NCBI GenBank assembly: GCA_040954595.2
Contig: CM082589.2
Coordinates: 462,988 to 526,987, forward strand
Direction of reading: 5' to 3'
Origin: Balanoglossus misakiensis
Lineage: Eukaryota > Animalia > Hemichordata
DNA length: 64,000 nt
The notes beneath the pieces are model-generated. The model saw only the letters and a program-made list of their open reading frames with translations, was not told the DNA's origin and searched no databases. This document shows, in pieces, positions 55,301 to 63,478 of this stretch; position 1 is the first letter of the stretch; every line of letters begins with the position of its first letter. Both the position numbers and the translations under genes were made by a program.

Positions 55301-58300
55301 GCTTCTAAATCTGTTTACCCCACGAACAGTCTGAGTGTGTCCACCCTGTTACACAGTCACAGAGAAACCCTGTGGCCGTGTTTGTACAAGTCCCGCTATT
55401 GAGACACGGTCCAGCGAAGCAATAGTCAACTGCAAGTACGGTAGCATTAACAAATGGAATAGGGAAAGAATGTTTGAATCGGTCATGATTGTGCTGCGCA
55501 TGTCATCAGCGTGCGGTACGCGCAACGCAAAATACTACATATTGCCGGTAATACTTTGTTGAATTTGAACAATAAAAAAGCACACAATGTATAATCAAAT
55601 CACAATCACATTGTCATGTAAGTTATACATGTAAGGAGGAGAAGAAAGTCCATTATAATTATATGTTAACTGTTGTAGCGAGAATGATTATTTACTTTAC
55701 TCTAAAAGAGAAAGAGAGACAACACATGAAGGAGAAAGTAATTCAAATTGGACATCACTTGTAGAAACATTTATAAGATTAATATGGTTACCCTCGTCGC
55801 AGTTTTCGCCTGTCCAACCACCAACACATGCACAGATGTAACTGGTTGCTGTGTTTGTACAAGTCGCTCCATTTTTACAGACATCGAACGAACAGAAGTC
55901 CACTGAAAATTAAGTGAAGTCTTGGCAGTTAGAGATCAACCCTGGACAGTGTTTTGCAAAACCTGTATTTGCAAAGAACCTTATTTCAGGATTGAGAGTA
56001 TTCTTGGAGTTGTGTGTGAAAATACATGTAATTCCATAACATCTTCTAGGGAAATGGGCTGCAAATTTCCCATTCCTTTCAACCCAAGGCATCGAGACAC
56101 ATTCATATCTACCTTAATCAAGCCATATGCAGCGCTTGTCATAAGCTAATTACATATTTGTTGAATTCAACAAAATCGGTGACATAAGTACTAAAAATGA
56201 GCACACTGCTACACTGTTAGTAGAAAGTGACAGGATAAATGAGTTAGATGATGGAATGAGGTGGAGTTATTGAATGGTGAACTTTGACACACATCAACTT
56301 GACATTACCGAGTTCACAATTCGGTCCTCGAAACCCAACTCCACAGGTACAGGAGTATGACGTCAGTGAAGGTGTACAGATTCCATCGTTCTGACAGGGT
56401 ACACTAATACAGGGATCCACTTAAGTGGGGAATGAGAAAATATTAAGTGTTAAACTATTATCTATCTTTGTAGAGAAAATTCCCTGCAAGAAAGTGTTCA
56501 TATTAGCAGTAGAGTGATCTTCAGTACAAGACTTTCCCACCAAACACAACACCAGTTGCAAATAAAATGACTTTGAATGTGCATGAAGGCAAAAAAAACA
56601 ATGGCATGCCACAATATAAACCATCAATTACATCCCAATCTTGTGCTCGTACCTATGCGCACTTTGAACTGAAGAGGGCGTGATATACTGACTCAGAAAC
56701 GTTGTCAGTCTTACAAGGCCTGAACCTAACGTAGACACGGCAAAATAAAACAACAAAATCATCCAGTGATTTTAAACAAATAGAAACATATCTCCCTAGC
56801 AGATTTTCACATGCTTGTCCCAATTGTCAAACTCAAACTTTTGGTGATGAAAGTGGAGCACTGATCAGAAATCTGTGGCTTGGAAAATTACCTGTGTCAC
56901 ACTGCTCTCCAATCCATCCATCTTTACAAGTGCATGTATAAGCAGAGGTGGTCCCGTCACACACTGCGTCATTCTTACAAGGATTGCTGTTGCAGGGATT
57001 AGCTGTAATGCAGAGAGCAATAGAGATGCAAAGATGTGAGCTTACTTGAAGTGTATTGCAAGCTTTGCAGATGTGCTGCTAAAGTTTATACTGTGCATGC
57101 AAAATATATGCTAGTCCTTATTGTGTGCAGTGCATACAAGCTTAATTATTTCACTGGCTAGAAATAAAGTATTATTTTCAGGAAGCATAAGACATACATT
57201 AAACTAGGTTGAAATGGTTAGTCATATTTCAAACAAACAAACAAGCACTCATGCATACACTTTATAATGGAAGTTAAGACAGTTCAACTTGCAAATATAT
57301 GAAAGAATGGAAGGTTTACGAGCACATGAAGAATTAGTGGTTATTATTTTACCAAAAGCATTAAGACAGACAAGGTGTGTTTAGAGGGTGAAAGGTTTAG
57401 AGGGTCCAGAAAGTGTCTTCATGCGAAACAGACCAGGTTCGTAATCCACAATCCACGAAGAATAAACTTGTTAAAAACAATTTCCAAAACCGCCAATCAT
57501 TATCACCAGAGTATTTCAAGAATCCATCATGCAAATTGAAACTTGAAATATCCATCATGCAAATTAAAGAGCCAAAGCCACAACAGACGAGCAAACACAA
57601 AGAATTGAACGAGAACGCCATGCAATCCATCATGCTGATTAACTAATCCCATTATTTAATTTCATGCACGTGGTCTCTTGCAAGACACTCAACTCGCGGT
57701 TTTCGCGCTTACCGATGGCACAAGTTGATCCTAACCATTCACTAGAACAATCACATGTAAACGTTGATCCAGTGGCTGAGTTGGTACATTGGCCACCATT
57801 TTGACATGGAGTTTGGATTTCGCAAGCACCTAAACAAAACGGAATACATGTTAGGAGCAAAGGCAAAACATGAGCTCACAAATAATAACCATCAATTGTG
57901 AGACGCCATGGTTTAATTCTCCAGACCTATTCCTGAAATCAATAAAGTCACATGAGAAAGAAATGGATTAATATATATTTATCCCAAGGAGCATATTCTC
58001 AATTTATTGCATAAACACATATTTTGTATGATGCCAGGACCAATGAGATGCCTTGTAACGAATGACAATGAACATATCTTAACAAATGGCATCATTGGTT
58101 GATAAGGCATCAAATCACAGAATAGCATTTGACATACCTTCTTCGCATCGCGTGCCTTGCCAACTGTTTGTACATTGGCAGACAAAATAAGTCCCACCAC
58201 TGATGCAGTTGCCTCCATTGGTGCAAGGATTACTCAGACATGGGTCGCCTGTTGAAAAAAGAAAGATTTTTATACAACACTGCTTGAAACATGTTTTCAG

Positions 58301-61300
58301 CAATTTTTTTCTGAAAGTGAAGCTTGCTTAAATTGTGTGATAGGTTTTCTCAAAGAAATAAACTTAGAGTAATTGTTTTACAATTGTTTTCAAGTCTGGA
58401 CTTGAATACATTTTGGTGATGGGTGTACACATATAAATAACTTGTTCACATACAGAAAACTTGGTATTTAATATAGGGAGAAGAACAAGAAAATGTAGTT
58501 GGTACACAAAACAAAAAATATGGCCAGAAGTATAGATAGGGGCCCTAAATGAACCCGAGAAAAGCAGTCGTTAACAGGGGAATGTACATGTAGAAGTTTC
58601 TAGTGACATATCTGTACGATTTTTCTTAACAACCAAACATTCAGAATCAATTAAGTCACTGTATTAATACTAATAGTTGCTAAATTTTTGTTTCTCATTT
58701 TAATTTCGCTTGATACATTTGCATAACAATGGCCTGTATAGGTTGCGTTCTGCTCGCTATAAATACTACATGTACTACATTATATTTATAGCTGCGCTGA
58801 ATTTGCCCAAAAAGAGCATATAAAACCCTTTATTCGTAATTTTACTACTGTGTGATATTTGAGTGTGCTCCCAGACACCGTTTTAGGGTCGGTTCTATAT
58901 AGATAAAGGTCAAATTTCACTCAAAGGAAACTTAGGTCCTGGGACGTAAAACGTGTACACCATACGGGTCAAGGGTCAATATATATATGAATGTACACTC
59001 ACCTTCTTCACAGGTTGGACCTGACCATCCAGAACGGCAAGAGCAAGTATATTGGGTACCAACGTCAGTACACGTCCCTCCATTCTTGCAAGGTTGGTCC
59101 AGGCATGGATTTAGCGAGAATGCTAGAAAATAAAACCATTAAAATTAGACCCGAATCCAGCATCAAATTCTTGCACATCCCTATCGTTTCCTCTGAAGAA
59201 GAGCACACTTTGTTCATACGTATTTCACAGCTACGTAAAAACATAGGAACACGATCCGTGCAACGTATTTCACAATTATCTGTCTCCCAACTTATCATTC
59301 ACACTAGCACTCGGCAGTGCCTGCCATCATATACTTACGTATTTCACAGTTCGTGCCAACAAAAGACGTGGGACACGAACAAGTGTAAATATTGTTGGAC
59401 TCCGTACACGTTCCTCCGTTCTGACACGGAGAGCTCCCGCAAGGTCCACTTCCTGTAACAGAATATGCTTGACTATCAAGATCTTTATCTGATTGTGGAA
59501 GTCAAAGAAAGTTGAAGTTCCTTCATGTAGGCCTATGTTTTCAGACGAAAACTTGAGATGTTTTTTTCACTTCTCACTCAACTTTTTTCATCAATAAAGT
59601 GCTACACCCTTTCAGGTAAAATGCTACAAAGATGTTGAGTTTGGGCTACGTGAATGAAAACATGTCACGGACCAGGAATAGATTCTTTCGGATCATATCT
59701 CAACTTTCCAGACAGTCAAACCAACGTCAAATAGAAACGTTAGCATCACTGCCTTTGTCTAGGTCGTTTCGCAGAAGTTTGAATTGTCAGGAAAAAAGTT
59801 TTCGGTGGGCACACATTCTGATATTTCTCTAATGAAATGTCTGAAAACTTGGTAGGCCTACATCACTTTATCTGTTACAAGCCAAAGAACATTAGCTGAA
59901 ACAAAATGTCTGTGTTACTGTGTTTGTTTCGTGAGAAATTGCGAGAACTCGTTTAGGCCAAACATCACCACAGCCAGTGTTTTGGATCTATACCTTGATC
60001 ACAATTGAGTCCTTCCCAAGGACCTGAACATCCACAAACGTATCCACCACTACCACCAAGAGGAAAACATGTACCGCCATTCTGACACGGATCGCTTGAA
60101 CATGCTGTCAAAGCTGAAAAATATGATAAAATGACATCAATCTTGAGAAAAATGTGTGTGAAATAAAAGTGAAAAATAACATGCGATGACCCTACTTTTT
60201 GCATTGAGTGACAATCAATAATTACAAAACAGTTGACTTTCACATCACATTAGTGCATTTATAATTACAGGATGCCTTTAACAGTTACATCAAATGCAGA
60301 GCGTGGTGAAACAACATAAAATGATTATGTACAGGCGAAATACAGGCGAAATCTATCCACATTACATCAGCGTTATAAGCTTACGCAGTGCTTTTCAATT
60401 CTGGGTTGTTCTAAATTGGAGCAACCACTGACTGCTATTAAAAGCAAGATTACTCTTAGAATTGAATACATCTACGTTAATCTATCGCCAGCAGGGGAAG
60501 TATAACATCTATACTACATGGGTGAGGGGTGACTGCTAGTCAGCGCGGTGAATAATTCAACGGATTTTTTTAATACTTGCCGGGTTAAGAGCTTTGAGGC
60601 AACGACGGTTGAAATAACTACATGTAGGCTACCTTGTATAAAAGTAGCCAAGCATTGAACAATTTTTGCGAGGGACAGCATCGACCTATTGCAGCTGTCA
60701 TCTTATTTTAATGCAATAATTATTGTACTGTAGTGGGCGAGATGAAAGTGACAGACAGAAGTTGTATTTTGAAATATGTGGTGTTAGTGGATGTGGGAAA
60801 AAGAATATAAAAATTTCGCTAAAGTTTACACCAACTTGCACTCACACACAGACACACAGACAGACACATTCATTGCACAGACAGAAAGATGGAGGCAATC
60901 TATTATTCAACTTACCAGTTTCACAATTAATGCCAATAAAGTTGTCAGGACAGTCACATTGGTATGAGTTTGAGGATGAAATGACAATACATGTACCCCC
61001 ATGTTGACAAGGGTTGTTGTCACAGGGTGTGACTGCATTGTGAGCATGTGCACAGGGAAGGAAAGAAGTGTATGTAAGAATGAAGAGAACGAAAGTTGGT
61101 TAGTGACAACACACAGTGTACATAAAAAAGTGGAAGGAAAAGTCGCATTTCTGACGATGCGTAACGACAGGCGAAAACCAAAAATCACTGGTCGACTTTT
61201 GGCGCTGTTTGATAATAAGGTTGTACTACCCTCCTAAACCGCACCAAGAAGCGACTGTTTATCGTTGTTTAAAATTATTTGAATCATTGTCAATGTTATT

Positions 61301-63478
61301 TGGGGGCCAGCCAGCATATATCGCATACTGCTTCCTTTGAATTCCCTGTAAAAAAAATCCCAATCGATCGATTTTGGGAGAGTTCATCTTCTGATGCATT
61401 TACCGTCTCCCATTGCACTTTTACGATCCCCTCAAATCGACCCGTCATAAAGTCTCTTTGTGTCCTCATCTGATACCAAATAACAGAAGACGTAGTTCAT
61501 GCTTTATTGAATTCTGTAAACCGCATGCGCCCGGCAATAATTATGACTCTTTACAAACCTGGTATTTCGCAATGAATTCCCTTAAAACTGTCGGCAGGAC
61601 ACGAGCATGTATATCCATTTTGAAGATCGTCACTGTTACAAATTCCGCCATTTTGACAGGGGTTACTCTCACAAGGAGATTCACCTTGGGGGTACGACAT
61701 GTATTCTGTTAGTCTAGATATTTATACACTTGCATCTAAAGTGACTTTCATGGGAACAAACTGGGATGCAGACGAACTAAACTATCCAACGAAACGGCCG
61801 TGAAGAGCGCCACCACACTGGTCAATGAAAGAATTCGGTCCACAGAACATTTTATGCGCGTACTTGATAAGATCTGGTCGTAAACTTAAACGGAGATAAA
61901 ACATTGAGGAGGTCATATCGACGATTAAAGGTTGTCTTTTTGTCTATTTGGGCTCTTTGAGAGCACAAATCGTGAAAACAAGTTTAACTGTTTCAGCTCT
62001 TTAAAAGGCAACGTTTGCTGGAAAAATTCCCCCGGTCAACTTCTGGACAAATTATAGTAGTTTACGTAGCACACATCAATATTACGACGGGTCTACGATT
62101 TGAGGTCCGTGTTCCCATTAATAACAACGTGAATCAATGGTTAAATAAGAGGGCAGTTAAACAATCAGGCTATATTTGAAAGTACGATGTATGCCCTTTG
62201 TGAAATCGCATAATAGTAACAGCCACTAGAAGGGACTTATTCAAGATACTTAGAAAAGTAAATAAGGTGACTACGGGGACTAATAATTGGCCAAAGGTAA
62301 GCCAATACGCTACAAAACGTCTACCATTGCATGCATATATCGCAGATGGTAAACTTACTTGTAGAATAGGTCAAAACCCAACCATTCCCAGTTTTAGCGG
62401 TGTTTGTATAAAATATCAGCCACGCTTGGTCCGAATCTATGACTATTGGATCGGGAACGGTGGTGCCGGTCAGAGTGGCTATCGGGTCATTGACATCAGC
62501 CACGGGTCCAGAACCAATGAACAAGAAATCAGCAAACGCTTCGACGTGGAACTCGGTAAAAGTCAAAGTGACCACTTCCTTATTTGGAGTTTTAATGAAA
62601 TAGTAACAGTTATGCCTGTTGCCATATGGATCGGGGTACAATGGCGACAACAACGACCCTCCCGTTGAGGAGTAGGAATTACTCCCACAATCCTGCTTTC
62701 CTGTGAAGGAAATTTGACCAAACCTGGGATTAAAATGCTTTCAAGATTTAAAGAAAGACCAGCCACCACCACAGGATAAAATCTGAAATGCCTCCACCAC
62801 AAACCGACCGATTCCATGGAGTTGTGAATAATTCCCCTAGCCTATACTTATCATATGCACCACTTTACCACATGTCACCCCATGCAACTAATCGATAAAT
62901 AGTATTACCAGTGAAACACCTCCAAAACACCAACAATCTGTATAGGCCTACTTAAAACGAAGCAGCCACAGTGATAGATTTACTGATAAATATTTTGACA
63001 ATGATATATTTCTGATTTTCAGATTTGTGCTCACACTGACATTTTTTTGCTTTTAGGGACATACTGTCATCTCTATGAATAAAATCCCATTTATATCCCG
63101 TGTAAATTCATGGAGATCATCGGTACGAAAAGCTACAAACAACCTGTAGCTGTTCCTCAATTATCTACGTTGATTCTACAGCCATGCCGTCTCCATGACA
63201 ATTATATCTATCTGGCTGCGCCACATTCACGCAACAGAGTGCGTTTGGTGTCGTAAAAGGGGAGATTTCGGTGTGTTTGAGCATGCGTGTTCAACCACTA
63301 CCTGCATGCAGATATCCCATGGCGAGACCATGCCAAAATATTTTAATCTCACCTAAAATTTGTAAGTCACAGTCCTGGCCCATATATTCATCAGGACATT
63401 GGCAAATGTAACCAAAACCTACCGTCGACGAAATGCACACACCGCCATTTTCACACGGATTCGTACTACAGTCATTAA
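25020..63478 (-). CDS. Giant multi-EGF/CUB type I transmembrane protein (fibropellin/Notch-like EGF repeats), 5'-partial; 73 exons in window
   Basis: 70 exons each encode one 6-Cys EGF domain, 2 encode CUB domains and 1 encodes TM plus tail. All have GT-AG boundaries, phase 1-1, and no in-frame stops. No signal peptide in the window. Confidence 0.9.
25900..25992. mobile_element. Tiny piggyBac-like MITE (85 bp) in the last intron
   Basis: TTAA|CCCTTTCACCCCTA ... TAGTGGCAAGAGGG|TTAA: TTAA on both sides, CCC...GGG termini, imperfect 14-bp TIR (10/14). Confidence 0.6.
26380..26496 (-). CDS. EGF exon 70
   Basis: [38 protein letters not shown]; 117 nt, AG/GT. Confidence 0.85.
26699..26809 (-). 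CDS. EGF exon 69
   Basis: [36 protein letters not shown]; 111 nt. Confidence 0.85.
26981..27094 (-). CDS. EGF exon 68
   Basis: [37 protein letters not shown]; 114 nt. Confidence 0.85.
27325..27435 (-). CDS. EGF exon 67
   Basis: [36 protein letters not shown]; 111 nt. Confidence 0.85.
   Translation of the reverse strand, partial: HLVAAIHANMVVPAQTKTMTVSCVNVRLVMLETPVL
27670..28041 (-). CDS. CUB domain exon (membrane-proximal)
   Basis: [36 protein letters not shown]...[13 protein letters not shown]...[20 protein letters not shown]; CUB hallmarks; 372 nt. Confidence 0.9.
28269..28382 (-). CDS. EGF exon 66
   Basis: [37 protein letters not shown]; 114 nt. Confidence 0.85.
28519..28632 (-). CDS. 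EGF exon 65
   Basis: [37 protein letters not shown]; 114 nt. Confidence 0.85.
28804..28917 (-). CDS. EGF exon 64
   Basis: [37 protein letters not shown]; 114 nt. Confidence 0.85.
29313..29426 (-). CDS. EGF exon 63
   Basis: [37 protein letters not shown]; 114 nt. Confidence 0.85.
30225..30341 (-). CDS. EGF exon 62
   Basis: [38 protein letters not shown]; 117 nt. Confidence 0.85.
30598..30714 (-). CDS. EGF exon 61
   Basis: [38 protein letters not shown]; 117 nt. Confidence 0.85.
30995..31114 (-). CDS. EGF exon 60
   Basis: [39 protein letters not shown]; 120 nt. Confidence 0.85.
31257..31373 (-). CDS. EGF exon 59
   Basis: [38 protein letters not shown]; 117 nt. Confidence 0.85.
31532..31660 (-). 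CDS. EGF exon 58
   Basis: [42 protein letters not shown]; 129 nt. Confidence 0.85.
31900..32016 (-). CDS. EGF exon 57
   Basis: [38 protein letters not shown]; 117 nt. Confidence 0.85.
32154..32270 (-). CDS. EGF exon 56
   Basis: [38 protein letters not shown]; 117 nt. Confidence 0.85.
32472..32585 (-). CDS. EGF exon 55
   Basis: [37 protein letters not shown]; 114 nt. Confidence 0.85.
32716..32829 (-). CDS. EGF exon 54
   Basis: [37 protein letters not shown]; 114 nt. Confidence 0.85.
32988..33101 (-). CDS. EGF exon 53
   Basis: [37 protein letters not shown]; 114 nt. Confidence 0.85.
33260..33367 (-). CDS. EGF exon 52
   Basis: [35 protein letters not shown]; 108 nt. Confidence 0.85.
33474..33587 (-). 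CDS. EGF exon 51
   Basis: [37 protein letters not shown]; 114 nt. Confidence 0.85.
33868..33978 (-). CDS. EGF exon 50
   Basis: [36 protein letters not shown]; 111 nt. Confidence 0.85.
34720..34836 (-). CDS. EGF exon 49
   Basis: [38 protein letters not shown]; 117 nt (in-frame alternative acceptor 6 nt upstream). Confidence 0.8.
35313..35438 (-). CDS. EGF exon 48
   Basis: [41 protein letters not shown]; 126 nt. Confidence 0.85.
35866..35982 (-). CDS. EGF exon 47
   Basis: [38 protein letters not shown]; 117 nt. Confidence 0.85.
36116..36314. mobile_element. MITE-like element (~200 bp) with ~28-bp TIRs and an internal hairpin
   Basis: Left end agtctggtttcctgaccctataccactgc matches the reverse complement of the right end, agtctgggttcctgatctctaccactgc; internal palindrome gccattttgccaaga-t-tcttggcaaaaatggc (36187-36218). 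No clear TSD. Confidence 0.65.
37136..37252 (-). CDS. EGF exon 46
   Basis: [38 protein letters not shown]; 117 nt. Confidence 0.85.
37479..37595 (-). CDS. EGF exon 45
   Basis: [38 protein letters not shown]; 117 nt. Confidence 0.85.
38285..38401 (-). CDS. EGF exon 44
   Basis: [38 protein letters not shown]; 117 nt. Confidence 0.85.
38692..38808 (-). CDS. EGF exon 43
   Basis: [38 protein letters not shown]; 117 nt. Confidence 0.85.
39635..39760 (-). CDS. EGF exon 42
   Basis: [41 protein letters not shown]; 126 nt. Confidence 0.85.
40237..40356 (-). CDS. EGF exon 41
   Basis: [39 protein letters not shown]; 120 nt. Confidence 0.85.
41383..41496 (-). CDS. EGF exon 40
   Basis: [37 protein letters not shown]; 114 nt. 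Confidence 0.85.
   Translation of the reverse strand, partial: TLTHACQILATMEVHASILPLHTDVTVWPDTLVATVN
41984..42097 (-). CDS. EGF exon 39
   Basis: [37 protein letters not shown]; 114 nt. Confidence 0.85.
42510..42623 (-). CDS. EGF exon 38
   Basis: [37 protein letters not shown]; 114 nt. Confidence 0.85.
42943..43059 (-). CDS. EGF exon 37
   Basis: [38 protein letters not shown]; 117 nt. Confidence 0.85.
43395..43514 (-). CDS. EGF exon 36
   Basis: [39 protein letters not shown]; 120 nt. Confidence 0.85.
   Translation of the reverse strand, partial: PLTRVLATHAKTEDHVRTMWCSTCVNVSAILSVLTANCN
43721..43837 (-). CDS. EGF exon 35
   Basis: [38 protein letters not shown]; 117 nt. Confidence 0.85.
44333..44449 (-). 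CDS. EGF exon 34
   Basis: [38 protein letters not shown]; 117 nt. Confidence 0.85.
44688..44795 (-). CDS. EGF exon 33
   Basis: [35 protein letters not shown]; 108 nt, AAG acceptor. Confidence 0.8.
44991..45107 (-). CDS. EGF exon 32
   Basis: [38 protein letters not shown]; 117 nt. Confidence 0.85.
45236..45355 (-). CDS. EGF exon 31
   Basis: [39 protein letters not shown]; 120 nt. Confidence 0.85.
45453..45572 (-). CDS. EGF exon 30
   Basis: [39 protein letters not shown]; 120 nt. Confidence 0.85.
45748..45861 (-). CDS. EGF exon 29
   Basis: [37 protein letters not shown]; 114 nt. Confidence 0.85.
45975..46097 (-). CDS. EGF exon 28
   Basis: [40 protein letters not shown]; 123 nt. Confidence 0.85.
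46246..46365 (-). CDS. EGF exon 27
   Basis: [39 protein letters not shown]; 120 nt. Confidence 0.85.
46647..46763 (-). CDS. EGF exon 26
   Basis: [38 protein letters not shown]; 117 nt. Confidence 0.85.
47293..47409 (-). CDS. EGF exon 25
   Basis: [38 protein letters not shown]; 117 nt. Confidence 0.85.
48255..48386 (-). CDS. EGF exon 24
   Basis: [43 protein letters not shown]; 132 nt. Confidence 0.85.
48806..48925 (-). CDS. EGF exon 23
   Basis: [39 protein letters not shown]; 120 nt. Confidence 0.85.
49261..49377 (-). CDS. EGF exon 22
   Basis: [38 protein letters not shown]; 117 nt. Confidence 0.85.
49604..49723 (-). CDS. EGF exon 21
   Basis: [39 protein letters not shown]; 120 nt. Confidence 0.85.
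49934..49959. repeat. (CA)n microsatellite, interrupted
   Basis: cacacacacacacgcacacacacaca. Confidence 0.8.
50655..50792 (-). CDS. EGF exon 20 (Pro-rich linker)
   Basis: [45 protein letters not shown]; 138 nt. Confidence 0.85.
51463..51585 (-). CDS. EGF exon 19
   Basis: [40 protein letters not shown]; 123 nt. Confidence 0.85.
52307..52435 (-). CDS. EGF exon 18
   Basis: [42 protein letters not shown]; 129 nt. Confidence 0.85.
52829..52993 (-). CDS. EGF exon 17 (Thr/Pro-rich linker plus EGF)
   Basis: [54 protein letters not shown]; 165 nt. Confidence 0.85.
53621..53737 (-). CDS. EGF exon 16
   Basis: [38 protein letters not shown]; 117 nt. Confidence 0.85.
54087..54200 (-). CDS. EGF exon 15
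   Basis: [37 protein letters not shown]; 114 nt. Confidence 0.85.
54484..54594 (-). CDS. EGF exon 14
   Basis: [36 protein letters not shown]; 111 nt. Confidence 0.85.
54815..54925 (-). CDS. EGF exon 13
   Basis: [36 protein letters not shown]; 111 nt. Confidence 0.85.
55319..55429 (-). CDS. EGF exon 12
   Basis: [36 protein letters not shown]; 111 nt. Confidence 0.85.
55792..55902 (-). CDS. EGF exon 11
   Basis: [36 protein letters not shown]; 111 nt. Confidence 0.85.
56309..56419 (-). CDS. EGF exon 10
   Basis: [36 protein letters not shown]; 111 nt, AAG acceptor. Confidence 0.8.
56892..57002 (-). CDS. EGF exon 9
   Basis: [36 protein letters not shown]; 111 nt. Confidence 0.85.
57713..57829 (-). 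CDS. EGF exon 8
   Basis: [38 protein letters not shown]; 117 nt. Confidence 0.85.
58138..58248 (-). CDS. EGF exon 7
   Basis: [36 protein letters not shown]; 111 nt. Confidence 0.85.
59003..59122 (-). CDS. EGF exon 6
   Basis: [39 protein letters not shown]; 120 nt. Confidence 0.85.
59339..59452 (-). CDS. EGF exon 5
   Basis: [37 protein letters not shown]; 114 nt. Confidence 0.85.
59994..60113 (-). CDS. EGF exon 4
   Basis: [39 protein letters not shown]; 120 nt. Confidence 0.85.
60916..61032 (-). CDS. EGF exon 3
   Basis: [38 protein letters not shown]; 117 nt. Confidence 0.85.
61559..61705 (-). CDS. EGF exon 2 (acceptor at 61705 or in-frame at 61684)
   Basis: (YMSYPQ)[42 protein letters not shown]; 147 or 126 nt. 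Confidence 0.75.
62359..62700 (-). CDS. CUB domain exon (distal)
   Basis: [62 protein letters not shown]...[22 protein letters not shown]; 342 nt. Confidence 0.9.
63353..63478 (-). CDS. EGF exon 1 (first in window)
   Basis: [41 protein letters not shown]; 126 nt. Confidence 0.85.

Noticed and set aside
24063-62668. Numerous short plus-strand ORFs (60-155 aa)
   Set aside because: Antisense shadows of exons or random intronic ORFs with no recognisable domains or splice coherence.
25020-63478. Naming the gene Notch, Crumbs, Delta/Jagged, uninflatable or fibropellin
   Set aside because: Diagnostic domains (LNR/ANK, LamG/ERLI, DSL, HYR/sushi, avidin) are absent in the window and the EGF count is much higher; no symbol assigned.
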